Assembly: GCA_015680685.1 (NCBI GenBank)
Contig: MNCI01002704.1
Location: 50,701-114,700, forward strand
Source of the DNA: Gnetum montanum
Taxonomy: Eukaryota > Plantae > Gnetophyta
DNA: 64,000 nucleotides
Reading direction: 5' to 3'
Both the position numbers and the translations under genes were made by a program. This document shows, in pieces, positions 50,781 through 64,000 of the stretch; position 1 is the first letter of the stretch; each line of letters opens with the position of its first letter. The notes beneath the pieces were generated by a model, which was given only the letters and a program-made list of their open reading frames with translations, did no database searches and had not been told where the DNA came from.

Positions 50781-51606
50781 CAGGCCGCATTATCAAGTCT
50801 CCAGTATCAAGGCATAACCTCTAATGTTGAGAATTTGATATCACCTCATCCATGCTAGCCTATAAATACAATAGTTGGATTCATGATTTGAATATAGATT
50901 TTAGAGGTAGACATAGAGAAGTTTTGTTAGTTTGTTTCTAGTGCATGTCTACAATGTGATGTTAAGTGATTATATGACATCCTTATTTGAGTGTGATGTA
51001 CTTAGATACATTACATGTTTAGAAATAAGGATTGAGATAAGTTTCATCATTGTAACATCAACTTAGCTTTATTTTTTTTAATTACTTAAATGATTACTAT
51101 TTTTCTTAGTTAATGATTATCATTTATTATTTTTTATTATTTTTGTCATTAAGAAGAATGAGTACAACTAGTCGCAAGTACTTAAGTGTAATTATTTGGT
51201 AATCTAGTAGTGTTATCATTTGGTACGCCTAGTAACGGTACGCTTGGTAATCCTAGTGGTAGTTGCATGAAGTCTAAGGCATGTATGGAGCGTTAGGAAT
51301 GGATACTCATTGCATGCAGGCTAGTTTAGACTATACCTTCTATTGTTAATTAGATTAAATGATTAATTTCTATATTATTATTAGGAGTAGTGTAAGGCTA
51401 AAATAACATCAAGAATCATATCCCTCACTTTGAACTAAACCATACATGATAAAGCTACCACTAGTCCAAGTCAGAAGATAGCAAGTTGCAATCAAGACAT
51501 AATGGTCTAGATGCCACAACTATTCCCATCCATAAAATTTAATTAGATCATGTGTGAACACTTGTGATTCATATGGTTGAGTGTAGCAGGTACTCGCTAC
51601 TCATCA
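50735..51606 (+). mobile_element. Solo LTR distantly related to the Athila-type family
   Basis: TGATGAG start, end atatggttgagtgtagcaggtactcgctactcatca. TSD TCCTT/TCCTC; the duplicate copy at 49864-49868 keeps TCCTC. Confidence 0.8.
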
Positions 51607-53814
51607 TCCTCCATTAAGATGTGTTAGTTCTTAGCTACTAGACTTCTCACATCCTTGTATAACTTGGCCAAATATTTCCATCAGTGCTTAAGGTATCCTT
51701 CAAGTTATTCTTTTTGTTTCTCAATATTAAGTAGTCTCTTCTTCTCATTAGTCAATTATTTAATGTCCCAGTACACCTAGATAAGGTTATTATTAGTACT
51801 ATGAAGCCTTACATTTAGCAAAGCTATATCTCATGTGGTCTTTTCCTTCTCTTTTTTGACTTTCTTTTGATTTTTCTAAAGCTCTTGAAAGACTTCATCC
51901 CTTTTTAGCTCTAGTCAAAGAATTAATTGGTCAAATAAGAGGACTCTAAGTTGCACAACTTTATCTACTAATTATTCCCTACAATTGGTGGCATGCTATA
52001 GTTATGCCTCAATGACTAGAAGCTTACTCTTAGTCTTCAATAGCTCTGAATAGATTACTGAAATATCTTTTGAGATATTGAAGATCTCTAGAATTAGTTG
52101 TTTAACTTCTAATAGTCTTTTTAGAACTAATGTTATGCCATTATCATTCCTCTTGATTCGATTCTTGTAGACATTTGAATATTTGTCATCTTAGTAAAGT
52201 TAGTTATTGGTGCTACAAGAATCATTAGTGTTGTTACTTTTGTATCTATTTCTTAACCTTTGTATGATATGATTATCATTGTCGTATCACCCCCCTCTTC
52301 TAGTACCACTAAGAAGGCTATGACATTACCTAAAATATTTGGGACTTACTCTATAGGTAGGAATACCATGACTTCTTTAGTGATAAGCTTAGCTTGAACA
52401 ATGACCTAACCTTTGTATGTTGAGAAAACATTAGCTAGGTCATCTTAAGGCTAGCTAATGGTCCTTATGACCTCATTTTAGTGACTCATGATTGAATGCC
52501 AATTTGATGATTCATCATTACTTGGATATTATTGCTATCACTTTCTTATTTATCTCTAATATTCTTCTACCTCTATAGTATCGTTGGTTGGTCATGGCGA
52601 TGATGCCTTCTCCTTTTGAATCCTTAGAGGTGCTTTTTTTCTCATCATTTTTTGCCAAAATGCAACTAGATCCCTTCAAAGATCACTCTACTAATGTAGA
52701 ATTTCTTGATTAGGCATTAAAATGAGAGTTTGTTTCTATTCTTTTCATTTTCTTTGAAGTTTTCCTTCATCTTCAATAAGAACAATGGTGATAGATTGAT
52801 AGGAAACTTCCTGTTAAGAGCCATAGACACTTTAGTAGAGAAACACATCATCTTGCTCAACCACATCATTTGATTAAGGTGGTGCTCTACTATCTTAAAA
52901 TAGACTATCTTTGGCTTTGTTAGGGTGTTATAATTCTTTTGATTAATGATGTAGCATCATTAGGTCTACTTATTTTTATCCTTTACATCTAATTATATGG
53001 ACATCTTCACATGTTTTACCTCTTCATTGGGTAAACACAAGGCCTTTGCCATGGTTGTCCACTAGTAGAAAATGGTGATGTCTTTGATTTTTATTTATAC
53101 ATATTGTTGAAAATTATTTCAAAATAAGTATGTTTCTTCTAGGTACCGTTCCCCACTAGAGAAAATTATGAGCCAAAGATGGAATTCCTATCATTGTGTC
53201 TTGCCTTCTTGAGGAATGAACTCCAAGAATGATGTAAAGTTGGATTCTTGAAAACCATTCTTTGGAATTATTTTCTTTTGAATTTTTATATCTAAGTCTT
53301 TATGAGTGTGACCTTTGGGCTTCACTTGGTCGTATACACTTCATTCTATCTAGAATTCCCTATTTTTGTAGTGAAAATATGATGAATAGATATCACCTCC
53401 AATTCTTCCCTTAGAGGGCTAGTAGCATGTGTGGCCTCAATTACTTACTTAGCTTCTTATTACTATTGTTGTTATTATTCTTGCCATCCTTTTGGACACT
53501 TATTCCTTGGCTATAAAATTTCACTCACTTTGGAACCTCTGTCCATTAATTAACCTTTAACATGGATGTAAGAATTGTTATGCTTTGACCATCTTTTAGT
53601 TAGCTTGATTTGTAAAATGTAGCATTAATGCTCTTAAGTAATTATACTCTTATGATTCTAAGGTTCTAATGTAGCTAAGAAGTGTTAATTTTTGATTAAT
53701 AATTATTATTTTAATCCTTAAATACCTTCTCTAATAACCATTAGGTGTTTCAAAAGTTTTAGAATTCTTAGTCCTAATGCCTCCATGACATAGAGCTCAA
53801 CTCCAAAAACTTAT

Positions 53815-54133
53815 TGTAATGTCCCATCCATTATTAATGGTGGAAAAAATTGTAAATAATGTAATTAACCTTCAAATGAAGGAGCACCTTGTTATGAGGA
53901 GTTACTATTATTCATGTATTCCTTAGGAAAGGGTTTGACCTATGCCATTTAAGATCAAGGTTAGAGCTCGTGCCAAGCATGGAGTTACAAAGCCAAAAGA
54001 GGAAAGTTATGGGAGTTTGGAAGGATAAGAAGGGATTAATCACCCCTTTGGTAACATAGCCTAACCATGGTGGTAGTGTCGGATTGCCTCTAAGGCTTAA
54101 GTAACATGGAAAGATAACCTAGAGCGTGTTACA
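53815..54133. mobile_element. Possible short LTR (TGTAAT...GTTACA termini)
   Basis: Terminal inverted match tgtaat/gttaca. No TSD and no partner LTR found. Confidence 0.3.
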
Positions 54134-54559
54134 ATACTCTTTTCTATTAATTAATTTTTTGTTTTTCTTGTTTCATTCTTTAGTATGAATTATTTAATTA
54201 CTAGCTAATTAATTTATTAAATATTTATAACGTTTCTAGTATATTATCTAAGAAAATGATGAATGTAATAAATTAAGTGATTGTATTTTTACAACATCTG
54301 GGAACGAGATGTCATAGTTGCTATTGGAGTGAGCCATGATTTAGGAACCAAAGTGGAAGAAAAATATTATTTTATTATTATTATTATTATTATTATAAAA
54401 CATAAGTACATCTAATAAAATAAATGAAATTGAAGAAAATATTATTTTATTTTATTCTGTAACAAAGGAGGAGGAAGAGGAAGTACATCTAACTAGAATA
54501 TAGAAAAGGAAGAATAGGTGAAAGAAGCAGCATGGGAAAGATGTAAAGAAAGCAATTGT

Positions 54560-55760
54560 GATTATTTTTTATGACTAAATAACTCAAGGAGATCTATGAC
54601 TATCTTCAATTGTGATTCCCTTTCTTCAGTAGTGGCATTTATCTTTCTACACACTACCTTGCATCCAGCCAGTCCGTCACATAATTGTCTCATATACTCA
54701 ATCCCACATCTTGCTGCAGCTACTGATTCCTCCTTTCTTTTAAGTTAGGTCTTCAACATATCCATATGTATTGATTGATCATCCATGTCCTTTTGTCATT
54801 CCTTCTCCTTTCTCTATAGAAACAAGATTTAAATTATGAGTTATGAGAAAATCAACACAAAAAGAAAGTATTACATAAAATTGATCATTGTCAATTTGAA
54901 GGAACCATTCATGAGTCTCTAGATGGTGAGTGTAGCATGTTACACTCTCCAATTCTCCTAAGAGTTACTCCAAATATTTTACAGCATTTGAAGCATTCTC
55001 ATGAACTAGATGCAAAGATGATGAAACTCCAGCCTGTATTAAATCATAATATTCCTTGAAGTTGCATGACTAAGACTCCTGTAGATGGTAGAAACCCTCA
55101 TGAACAAAATAGGGTTTGTTATTAGAGATTCACTAACTAATGCACAGAAGAAGCACAAGTTCTTCTTTAGTAGTTGCCACTACTCTCTTTTCCATTGAAT
55201 AAGAAGAACCTAAGATAGACAATAAACAAACTAATAGAATAGACTCAGAAAATGATGTCAGTGCTACCTATGGAAGGGAAGCTCTTCCAGGTGTTACAAA
55301 AAAAGAAGGCATGACTGGTGATCTAGGTGGTGGAATGGGACTCTATTAAGAAGTGGTGCTTGCATCGTCTCTATCCATCACTTGGATATAGTATTATCGC
55401 TCCATAGACATTTGCAACATAAAAAAAATCAACATCATACAAAGGAAAGAGAGAAGTATTCGAACCTTTAAATAAGTAAAATTTACCTCTAGTTTCTTCC
55501 CCTTATCTTATCTTGAACTTTGTTGAGTTTGTTGGGTTTGTTATCTTATAACTACTAGATCGCTAGTGCTTTTCCCATTACGTTGCCTCTGCAAAAAGAA
55601 AATTATTTTAAAAATAAGACATTAAAATATGTTAATTATATTTAAATATATACCTTGGAAGTAGAAAGTGTAATCTATTTTTATGGTTGAACCATACCAA
55701 AGGTAGAAGTACCTTGAACTTCATCAACTTGTGCAACTTCAGCAAAATGAAGAACAAGAA
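54560..55760 (-). pseudogene. Decayed multi-exon coding remnant of unknown (probably TE-associated) protein
   Basis: Exon-like blocks (HLVHENASNAVKYLE*LLGELESV; LKRKEESVAAARCGIEYMRQLCDGLAGCKVVCRKINATTEERESQLKIVIDLLELF) alternate with short AT-rich GT..AG segments. Confidence 0.35.
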
Positions 55761-55799
55761 TACAAAAGCATAGTTATGAAAATGATTTCTTTGATGTGA

Positions 55800-57267
55800 A
55801 AAATTATTGCATAATTTATAGGAATTTAGTATCTTCTTATATCCTCAGAGTTTCTAAAAGCTCCTCAAAATTTTTTTCAACTACCATCCAATGGCTAATG
55901 TAGATGTCTCCTTCAAAGTTTGGATGTCTACCTAAGATTGGCCTTTATTCAATAGAGGTGTATTTCTAGAAAATGGGACATCTCTTATGGGACATCTTTA
56001 TGGAGATGTCTTATTTGGAATAGATATTTTTACTATTTCTAGAAGACATATCCTCAAACCTTGAGCTATGATTTTTGAGGCTTCCTCTTATCAATTTATC
56101 TTTTTCTTTGTCCTCTAAGCATCTTCGTTTGGTTTTTAGTCTTTAGTTTTAGTTCATGCTCATTCATGCTCTCATCTTGGCTCATAAAGTCTTCACTTTG
56201 TCAACTTGTTGCAGATCTTGTTTTCTTTGAATCCTTAGTTCTCATGTGAAGTTCTTGTTTATGCCTTGTATAAACATCATCCACATCAAACACTCTATGT
56301 TATCCATTTTCCTTAAGGTTTTAACATACTAAAAGGTTAATAATCTTCCCCTTTTTGGTGATGTTAAAAAATTAATAAAATGGATGATTAACTATAAAAT
56401 TTAAATAATAGTAAATGATGAAAATCCTTAAGATGTATAAATTTCAATGGTAGCTAAAGGGAATCATTGAGGTAAAGCATAAGAACTCAAGCCAATAAGA
56501 AATGAGAATAGAGATTTCCATACCCATAAAAATTTCAAAGTCCAAAATTACAATCATCACAACAATCATACATATGGTTGCTCCATAATGTATGAAATAT
56601 ATGGTCCAAGAATTCTCCCCCTTCTTGTACATCATCCAAAATAAGGGACCATTGGAGAGAGCTAGTTGCTAACCTTAGTGGCATCATCTAAGTTATTATC
56701 TAAAGTAGCTACAACACAATAAAGTCTATAGTTCTCCTCATCATCATCATCACTACTAGTATTGGTGCTGGAAACATGCTACTTGTCATCTTCATTTAAA
56801 GGTATCTAGACTAGAGCCCTCTATGGATGAAGCTTCACAAGAAATGAAAATGAAACTAGTGGATCTTGTTGGAAAGGAGCCTATTGAGAGGATGAGGAAG
56901 TACCCTTCCTATGATAGGGGATAGGATCAACATGTCTTCATTGGAAAGAAGTTCCAAAGATGCTCTTCATGGCCTGCTACTCAAATGTATTTGGAGCATC
57001 ATCCTAATGATTTGAACTAGGTCTAGGCTGCATGAGATCAGGAAGCTCCCCCTAGACATGTGTTGGAGGTCCATCATCCTCCTTTGAATCAAAGGTATTT
57101 CTTGAGTCATAGGCCCAAGAAGGCCTATTTGCTATTGAATATCTTAGTGGGACTAGACAATCCTTCTAACTATCTAATATAGGATGGGTGCTGATCTCTT
57201 CAAACTATTGCTCATTAGAAGGAAGAGGTATCCCAAATGCATCCATTCTCTTATGAAGGTAAGAGAG
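55800..57267 (-). mobile_element. Sirevirus-like remnant (partial 3' LTR, multiple PPTs, upstream extra-ORF region), interrupted at 57268
   Basis: AGATGTCT/GACATCT cluster (55900-56050), then plus-strand cttccccctttttggtgatg (56345) and ttctcccccttcttg (56613), the multi-PPT pattern known from Sireviruses. Confidence 0.5.
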
Positions 57268-58519
57268 TGATGGGATGTGATATCGTGGTGCGTCATCATA
57301 TCTATAAAGAAGAGGCAGCTCTTCCTTGTTTCCTCATCCTAGGCTAGACAATAGGGAAACTCTAGAAGATTGATCACTCCTGAGATAGAATATTTTCCAT
57401 GTGCCCGCAGTAGGAGTCCTAAAGTGAACACATCTTTATTCGAGAAAACATTTTACCTAAACACAAGTTTGTGTATGGCAATAAAGATGAGCTTCTTGGA
57501 TAAACCTTGCAGCGCATGGAATAGGATTTTATTACTATTATTTATTACCTATTATTTATTATCTATTATTTATTGCTTTCTCTCTCAACCTTTCTCTGCT
57601 AATTAAGTGCCTCAGTACGACTACTTCAAGCACATGCGTTACACGTGGTGATCCCAACAATGACTAGTATTTGGTAGCCACGGTTGCATCTCTTCAGGGT
57701 GTGTACGGTAAGTGGGAATGGATGCTAATGCTAGGTTAATTTAGACTTAGTTAATTAGTTAAAGTTAGAAATTAGTCTCTTTAACCCTTCACCTCAGTAG
57801 CATAGGAGATAAAACAGAAAAGATATAAAAATCATATACTTTAGACTTACTTAACCATACACCATGAAAAATACAAGTAAGTTTGGGAAGAGAACGAATA
57901 ATTAACCTTAAGTATTCCATGGGCGTGTAGGCACTTAGTCTATGGAGTTTGACTAGATCACACGTGCTATGGTCATATTCATATGGTTGAGTGTAGGGGT
58001 ATCTCGCCACTCATCATTGGTGTTGTTGTCTGGGACTAAGTATTTGTGTGCTAAATAGAACATAGGATATCACTCACATCATTGGGAGCCTAAACGAACC
58101 TTTAGGTTAATTAAGGAAAAATTTATATAACGGTAAATAGCACACCTATAAGATACAGTGTCTTCTTCTTCTTCTCATAAGAGCATTACACCACCTAGGG
58201 ATAATACTAGAGACAATCGACAATAAAAAACACATAGCCGAAATCAGCCAAGTCCTCAATAATACCAGATAGTCTATACTCATCCTGACGAGTATATTCC
58301 TAATTTTACCTTTATCCTCCATCAAGACGAACAACTGCGATGGAGAGATTTGGAAGGTAACATAGTGTTACCTTCAGATCGGGCAACCCAAACATGCTTC
58401 TCCATGCTCTAGCATAGATTAGCATGACACAACTTTATGCTAAATACATTGCAGCAAATTTTGACTTAAGGGATTATTATCCTACAACCACACAACGTAT
58501 GAGGGACTTAAGGTAGGAG

Positions 58520-61253
58520 ATGATGGACCCATTATAATGGGTTCTCTAATAATTGATGTTCCCCCTCCTAACAATGGTGACAAGGTTGGGTATCAGAACC
58601 TACGATCAACAATACATAACCCTAGTTTTGATCCCTGTGAACACTAGTTGTTCATATAAGGAACAACAACTCATGATAAGGAGAGGCACTTAGATCGTCA
58701 TCACGATTAGGGCTGTAATAGACAAAGAGAAGGTCATAAACATTATCATGGCGATGGTTCTCCTTCTTCTTATCCTTCATCTCATCACTCACCCTCTTTT
58801 TCCATAGCTGGGTGCAGCCATCATGAACATAACGGTGAGGATAGGGGTAGAAAAAATGAGAGACCTTGACAGAAAAGTTGAGAGAGAGGACAAGGGCATG
58901 AATGAAGGGAAAGTAGGGAACAATGTAGACATCACAGGCGTCATGAAAGAAATGATCATGAAAAACCCCTACTTGCAACTTGAAGTATGCTCAATATAAT
59001 GGAGGTAGTGATAATACCAACAAGGCATTTAAGAGATAGCCAGATCAAGCATTTAGACATGAACAATATCCCACGCTTTGAAGGGGGATACAACACTAAT
59101 CCACAACATCATTTATAGGCATTCCATGATGCCTGTGCCTTGCAAAATATAGAAAATGAGTGGCAAAAGCTAAATTTGTTTCCCAGGATACTCACCAAAG
59201 AAGCAAAGAGTTGGTACTGGTCCTTAGAACCAGAAACCATCAGGAGGTGGAGTACGATGTTATAACTCTTCAACGAAAGTATCAAACATAATCTAGAGTG
59301 TCTAACTTACATAAGAAGATCCAAGGCTGGAAGCAAGGAACTCATGAACCCTTGGATGTTGCCATGGGCCAATTCTATGCATTGTTACATCGTTGCCTGG
59401 GCCATGGTTACACACAGCAGGATCAACTTCCCCACATCATGGATGGGCTAAGGCATGAAACTAGAAGAACCCTTGGGACTTATGCCCAAGGGAGATTATC
59501 AGAACTTAGAGCCCATGATGGTCGTTTCTTATTGGAACAAGTAGCAAAACAAGAAGGTGAACTATGAAAAAAAGAGAGTGTAGAAGAATACAACCATGAT
59601 CCCTCCCTTCAGAAGAAGGGAGTGAAATTTTGTGATGAAGAGGATGAGTCACCACTCGAAGAGTTGGTGAACAGAAAAATCTTGCTAATTCAAAAACTAA
59701 CAACAAAAGTATCGACTAAGATGGATCAATTATGGGATTCCTTAGACTCCAAACTTGAAAATGTCTTGAAAATTATAGAGGAGTCTAAGGAGGAACGAAG
59801 TAGTGACAAAGGTAAGACAAAGCGGAGAAATTCAGTCCCTGCACATAACAAGGGTAAGGGGAAAATTACTATCTTTGATGAAGTTGTGGATTCAGACACA
59901 GAAGATGACGGTGGATGTGAGATTTTCCATTATGATCATCTTAAGGGATGTTGTCCAATCATCTCACATCTACAAGAGTCTAGGGTGTATGCACTTAGCC
60001 CAAGACTCAACCAACGACAGAAACCCTGAAGGTTACCTTATCCTCAAGGTAACCCGAGGTAGTTCCACCAACCATTAACGTACTATCCAAGTCAAACTCC
60101 ATCACAATCCATCGGACAACATCAACAGTGGCAATACCCATAGTCATGGGGGATGCCACTACCAACACAACAGTACCCTTACCAACAGCCTGATCCATAT
60201 GGTTATTATGTGTAGCAATCTGTTTCTCCAAGTGACTCTATGAGTCACACAACTCCCCAACGTCACTACCAAGTTCAAGAGGACTTTAGGAGAACTCCTT
60301 CTTTAGAAGACATCCAACATATATGCCATCCTCCAACTCCATCCGTACCTCTTCCACCTGTAGTTCCCATACAACCTGCTCCAACAATGCAAGGGGAACT
60401 CCCTACTCAACTACAACAATGTAACATTGTGAGAGCTGTAAATATCCAACCCACTGCTGGTTCTGACAACTATAGAAAGAGAAGACCTTTCTTTAGAATA
60501 AAAAGCCTAGACAAGCTCTTGCAACAACAAGCGGTTGAGCCCATGTACACTCCTCCACCATCTAGCAATTCGAAGCACCCTTCAGTCAAACAACAGATCT
60601 GTATGCATACGGTTATGTTAACGCATACCATAATCGACTGGATCAAGGTAGACCACCTTCCTAGGAAACTAACTGATCCTAGAAGCCCCTTAATCTATTT
60701 ACAAATCACTAGGAACGAACCACATAAGGCTCTTTTTGACTCAAGTTCTGAAGTTAACTTAATTTCAAGAGAAATGTATCAAGCCTAGAACCTGCCCCAA
60801 CTTAAGAAGAGCAACATTCAACTAGAGCTAGCAGACCAGTCTATCACCATTCCCTTGGGATTGGTGAAGAACATTGTTACCACTGTGTGTGGTTGGTCCT
60901 ACCCAGCTGACTTCCTGGTGATAGAAGTTAACAACAAAAATGAAGGGGACTTCCCAATTATAATGGGAAGGGCATGGCTAAGCACAATAGATGCGTGCCT
61001 TAGGATCTATGATCTTTCCTTGGAGATATCTAAGGTAAATATTTATGGAAAGATTAAGAAGAAGAAAGTTCCATGCATCACATACAGTGAATCAGAGTAT
61101 GATGACATAGAAGAATTTTTAGCATCTCTTCCATGTAATCGGTGTGTCCAAGAAATACAAATCCAAAGATGCCTGTATGCAGCAACCACACCAGTAGTAG
61201 AAACCCCATGGTTGAAAGCTACTAGAAAGAGCAAACTAATATGCACAGAATAA
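58520..61253 (+). pseudogene. gag: gag-protease remnant of copy 2
   Basis: Homologous to 12771-15565 (IPRFEGG, KLTDPRSP, ALFDSSSEVNLI, FPIIMGRAWL). Stops at the same position as copy 1. Confidence 0.88.
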
Positions 61254-61477
61254 ACTAAGGGAACTCATGTTAATAATGAAAGCATAGACACATTGGAGTA
61301 TGAGCATCGCCAACTTCCACCCCTTAATCTAAGAACATCAGTGAGGAGAAGTTGGGCACTTTTACGAAATTCAAATAGATGTTCATTATTTCAGATCTCT
61401 CCCTTGTAATTTAGTCATGGGGGAGATGGCCATCTATGCTAATCATAGGAGGCCCTTAGTTCTTTTTAGTTTTTTTT

Positions 61478-61575
61478 ACACATTTTTGTTATGCATGTTT
61501 TTGTTTTACAAGTTTTTGTTTTACACGTTTTTGTTTTACACGTTTTTGTCTTACACATTTTTATTTTACAAATTT
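61478..61575 (+). repeat. 15-bp minisatellite (tttttgttttacacg-like)
   Basis: About 6 units, which produce the spurious FVLH repeat ORF. Confidence 0.75.
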
Positions 61576-64000
61576 TTTTAACTCTTCTTGTTTTAGTTTT
61601 ACACAGTTCTTTAACATTTATTATTTTTGTTTTTCAACATCGTTATACTTTTTCATTTTTTATGTGTTTTTGTGTGAGTGATCCACCTTGTAAGTTTGTC
61701 ACCCAATAAGTGTTCTTCATGATGGTATGAACTATTTTCCTATTGATTAAAAATGTTTGATTTTTACCATTAAGTTATGATGTTGATACTAAGGTATGTT
61801 CTTTTGATATGGTAGGCAATGAGTCCACTTCATCCATCCATCCACAAAGTCTATGGTCTCTCTTGTCTTGGAAATGTACAGTCCCCTTCATAATAAGAAC
61901 TTTAATGAATCGGTAACTGGGCACTTCTCAAACTAAGGAAGGACTCAAGGTTTGACAAGGGTGTGACTTCAAGGGAACTTGATGCTTTTGTGTTGGCCAT
62001 TCTCTTGGGTGCTTGGATGTTTTCTTCTTGAGTTTTCTTGCCATTCTGATGTTACCCAATTATTGGAAGTTGAGACAATAAAAGTAAGAATTCTTTGCAT
62101 GGTGTGGTTCTCATGCATAAAAACACAAAACACAAAAGACAAAAAAAGAAAAAAAGAAGAAGGAAGAATTCAAAGCACACCCCTTAGATGAAATAAATTT
62201 GGGCTACAAGCACTGGTTATGGAACTAAAAATTTTCCCTCTCACTAAGGCCCTTCTCGCTTCACTTTCTCTCCTCATTTTTTTCATCGGAATGGTGGTGG
62301 CTCTTTGGAGGTGCATTCTTGTTACTTCAAGAGGATGGATTAACCGGATTCATTGATGCGAAGTCACTAGATGTGGTTGGTTTGAGGCTGGAGTTGGAAC
62401 GAGATTTGCTAAGTCACATTAATCATGAAACACACAAGGGGCTATACACCACCTTGTTCTTGGGATTCCATTCCATTCTCTTCTCTCCATTCTTCTCTCC
62501 ATTGTTTACCTCATTACCAGTTGTATCATTAGTGTATATTTTGGTAGATACATCGTGTTCTTTTTGATAAACTCTTACGGTTAGGTCTTTAAATCTTGTT
62601 CCAAAGGACATTCCTAGAGCCTATGGCCTCTTTGAATGTGGGTTTGTTACGGTAGTAAGGGCATGAGCCTGCTTTGGGGAGGACCCACTAAAATTCCTAT
62701 TTGGTGCACTAGTTAAATTCTTTCCCTTAACATTTTGCAATCCATTTTGTTTTGTTCATTTCCATCTTGACATCCACTTTATCAAAGTTACCATTGTTTC
62801 TTTTTATCCATCCTTCTTATTCCTTCTCTTTTTCCATTCTCTCACTACTGGACGTTCGCGATTAGTCATGGGGGTATGAGGCCCTATTTTTTTGATTTTC
62901 TCCTAGCCCCGATTTTTTTCAATTTTCTCCTAACCCCTACACATTTGGTAGTCATCATTAATATATCTCTAGATATGTATTAGCCATACCACAACCCAGC
63001 CAATGGACCTTTCACCGAAGAAAGGTATCAAGAAAGGTATCAATTACATGATAATTCATCTTCCCTTGCTAATACAAGACTGTGTTGTGTGTGCAGATGG
63101 TGATCATGCAATAACAGACTGAATCTAGAGGGAGCACTTGGAATGGAGTGGTACTGAAACAGCTCTGCAAGGAGCAAGATTGATGATGGGCTTATAGATG
63201 GACAACGAAAGGCGCAATTTGGCATTGGCAGCAACAACACTTCTTCTCTCTTCTCTCTCTTTCTCAGCTACCAAATGAGGCCTGATGTCAATGTAATAAG
63301 GTGTTCACCCTTGTTGTCATGAACACCAGTTGTTGAGTCTTGTAATGATGATCCATTCACATGTCATCCCATTAGTTCCATTGAGTCAATAATCCCATAC
63401 CTTCCCGATATTATTGTAAAGAACTCGAGGACGAGTTTTCATTTAGTCATGGGGGTATGATGGGACACGATATCACGTACGTGATATCGCATCTTCCCCT
63501 GCAATATGGCCTACGTGATATCGCGGTGCGTCGTCATATCTATAAATAAGAGGCGGCTCTCCCTTGTTTCCTCATCCTAGACTAGAAAGTAGGGAAACTC
63601 TGGTAGATTGATCACTCCAAAGATAGAATATTTTCCATGTGCCCATAGTAGGAGTCCTAAAGTGAACGGATGTTTATTCGAGCAAACATTGTACCTGAAC
63701 ACAAGTTTGTGTATGGAAATAAAGAAGAGCTTCTTGGATAAACCTTGGAGTGCATGGAATAGGATTTTATTACCTATTATTTATTATTTGTTATTTATTG
63801 CTTTCTCTATCAATCCTTCTCTCCTAGTTAACTGCCTCAGTACGACCACTTCAAGCATGTGCATTATGTGTGGTGATCCCAGCAACAACTAGCATTTGGT
63901 AGCCACGATTGCATCGGTTCAGGGTGTGTACGATAAGTGGGAATGGATGTTGATGCTAGGTTAATTTAGACTTAGTTAATTAGTTAAAGTTAGAAATTTT

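Larger units (their letters stand above)
57268..64000 (+). mobile_element. Second, older copy of the gag-PR-only Athila-type element; 5' LTR 57268-58016, 3' LTR 63458 to beyond the window
   Basis: Colinear with 11288-18989. Decayed PBS tggtgttgttgtctggga, PPT agtcatgggggta, ungapped internal region lacking RT/RH/INT. Confidence 0.92.

Noticed and set aside
61491-61709. Hydrophobic FVLH-repeat ORF as an env-like membrane protein
   Set aside because: Translation of a T-rich minisatellite; not conserved as an ORF in copy 1.

Overview
Plant nuclear DNA (draft scaffold with N gaps at 5358-5632, 16084-16824 and 17685-18651) made mostly of nested transposable elements around one recognisable host gene. 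That gene is a 5-exon alliinase / TAR3-TAR4-like PLP-enzyme pseudogene (minus, 3651-8493). It carries two insertions of one hAT family (8-bp TSDs) and short footprint-like duplications. Its TATA box was separated from the ATG by an LTR element with no coding capacity (8530-11230). Upstream lie two copies of a gag+protease-only Athila-type LTR family (11288-18989 with ATGAT TSD; 57268 to window end), plus related solo or partial LTRs. A 23.3-kb Tat-type Ty3/gypsy element (25859-49154, minus, TTTAG TSD) is the most unusual object. Its protease and RT are separated by about 12 kb holding a decayed antisense gene, an array of palindromes repeating every ~190 bp, and a nested solo LTR. Also present: Sirevirus-like remnants, a 750-bp duplication next to a 115-bp GC-rich island (probable assembly artefact), and strong C-to-T decay of old elements. 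No intact protein-coding gene, RNA gene or CRISPR array was found. All calls come from reading the sequence by eye; no searches were run.
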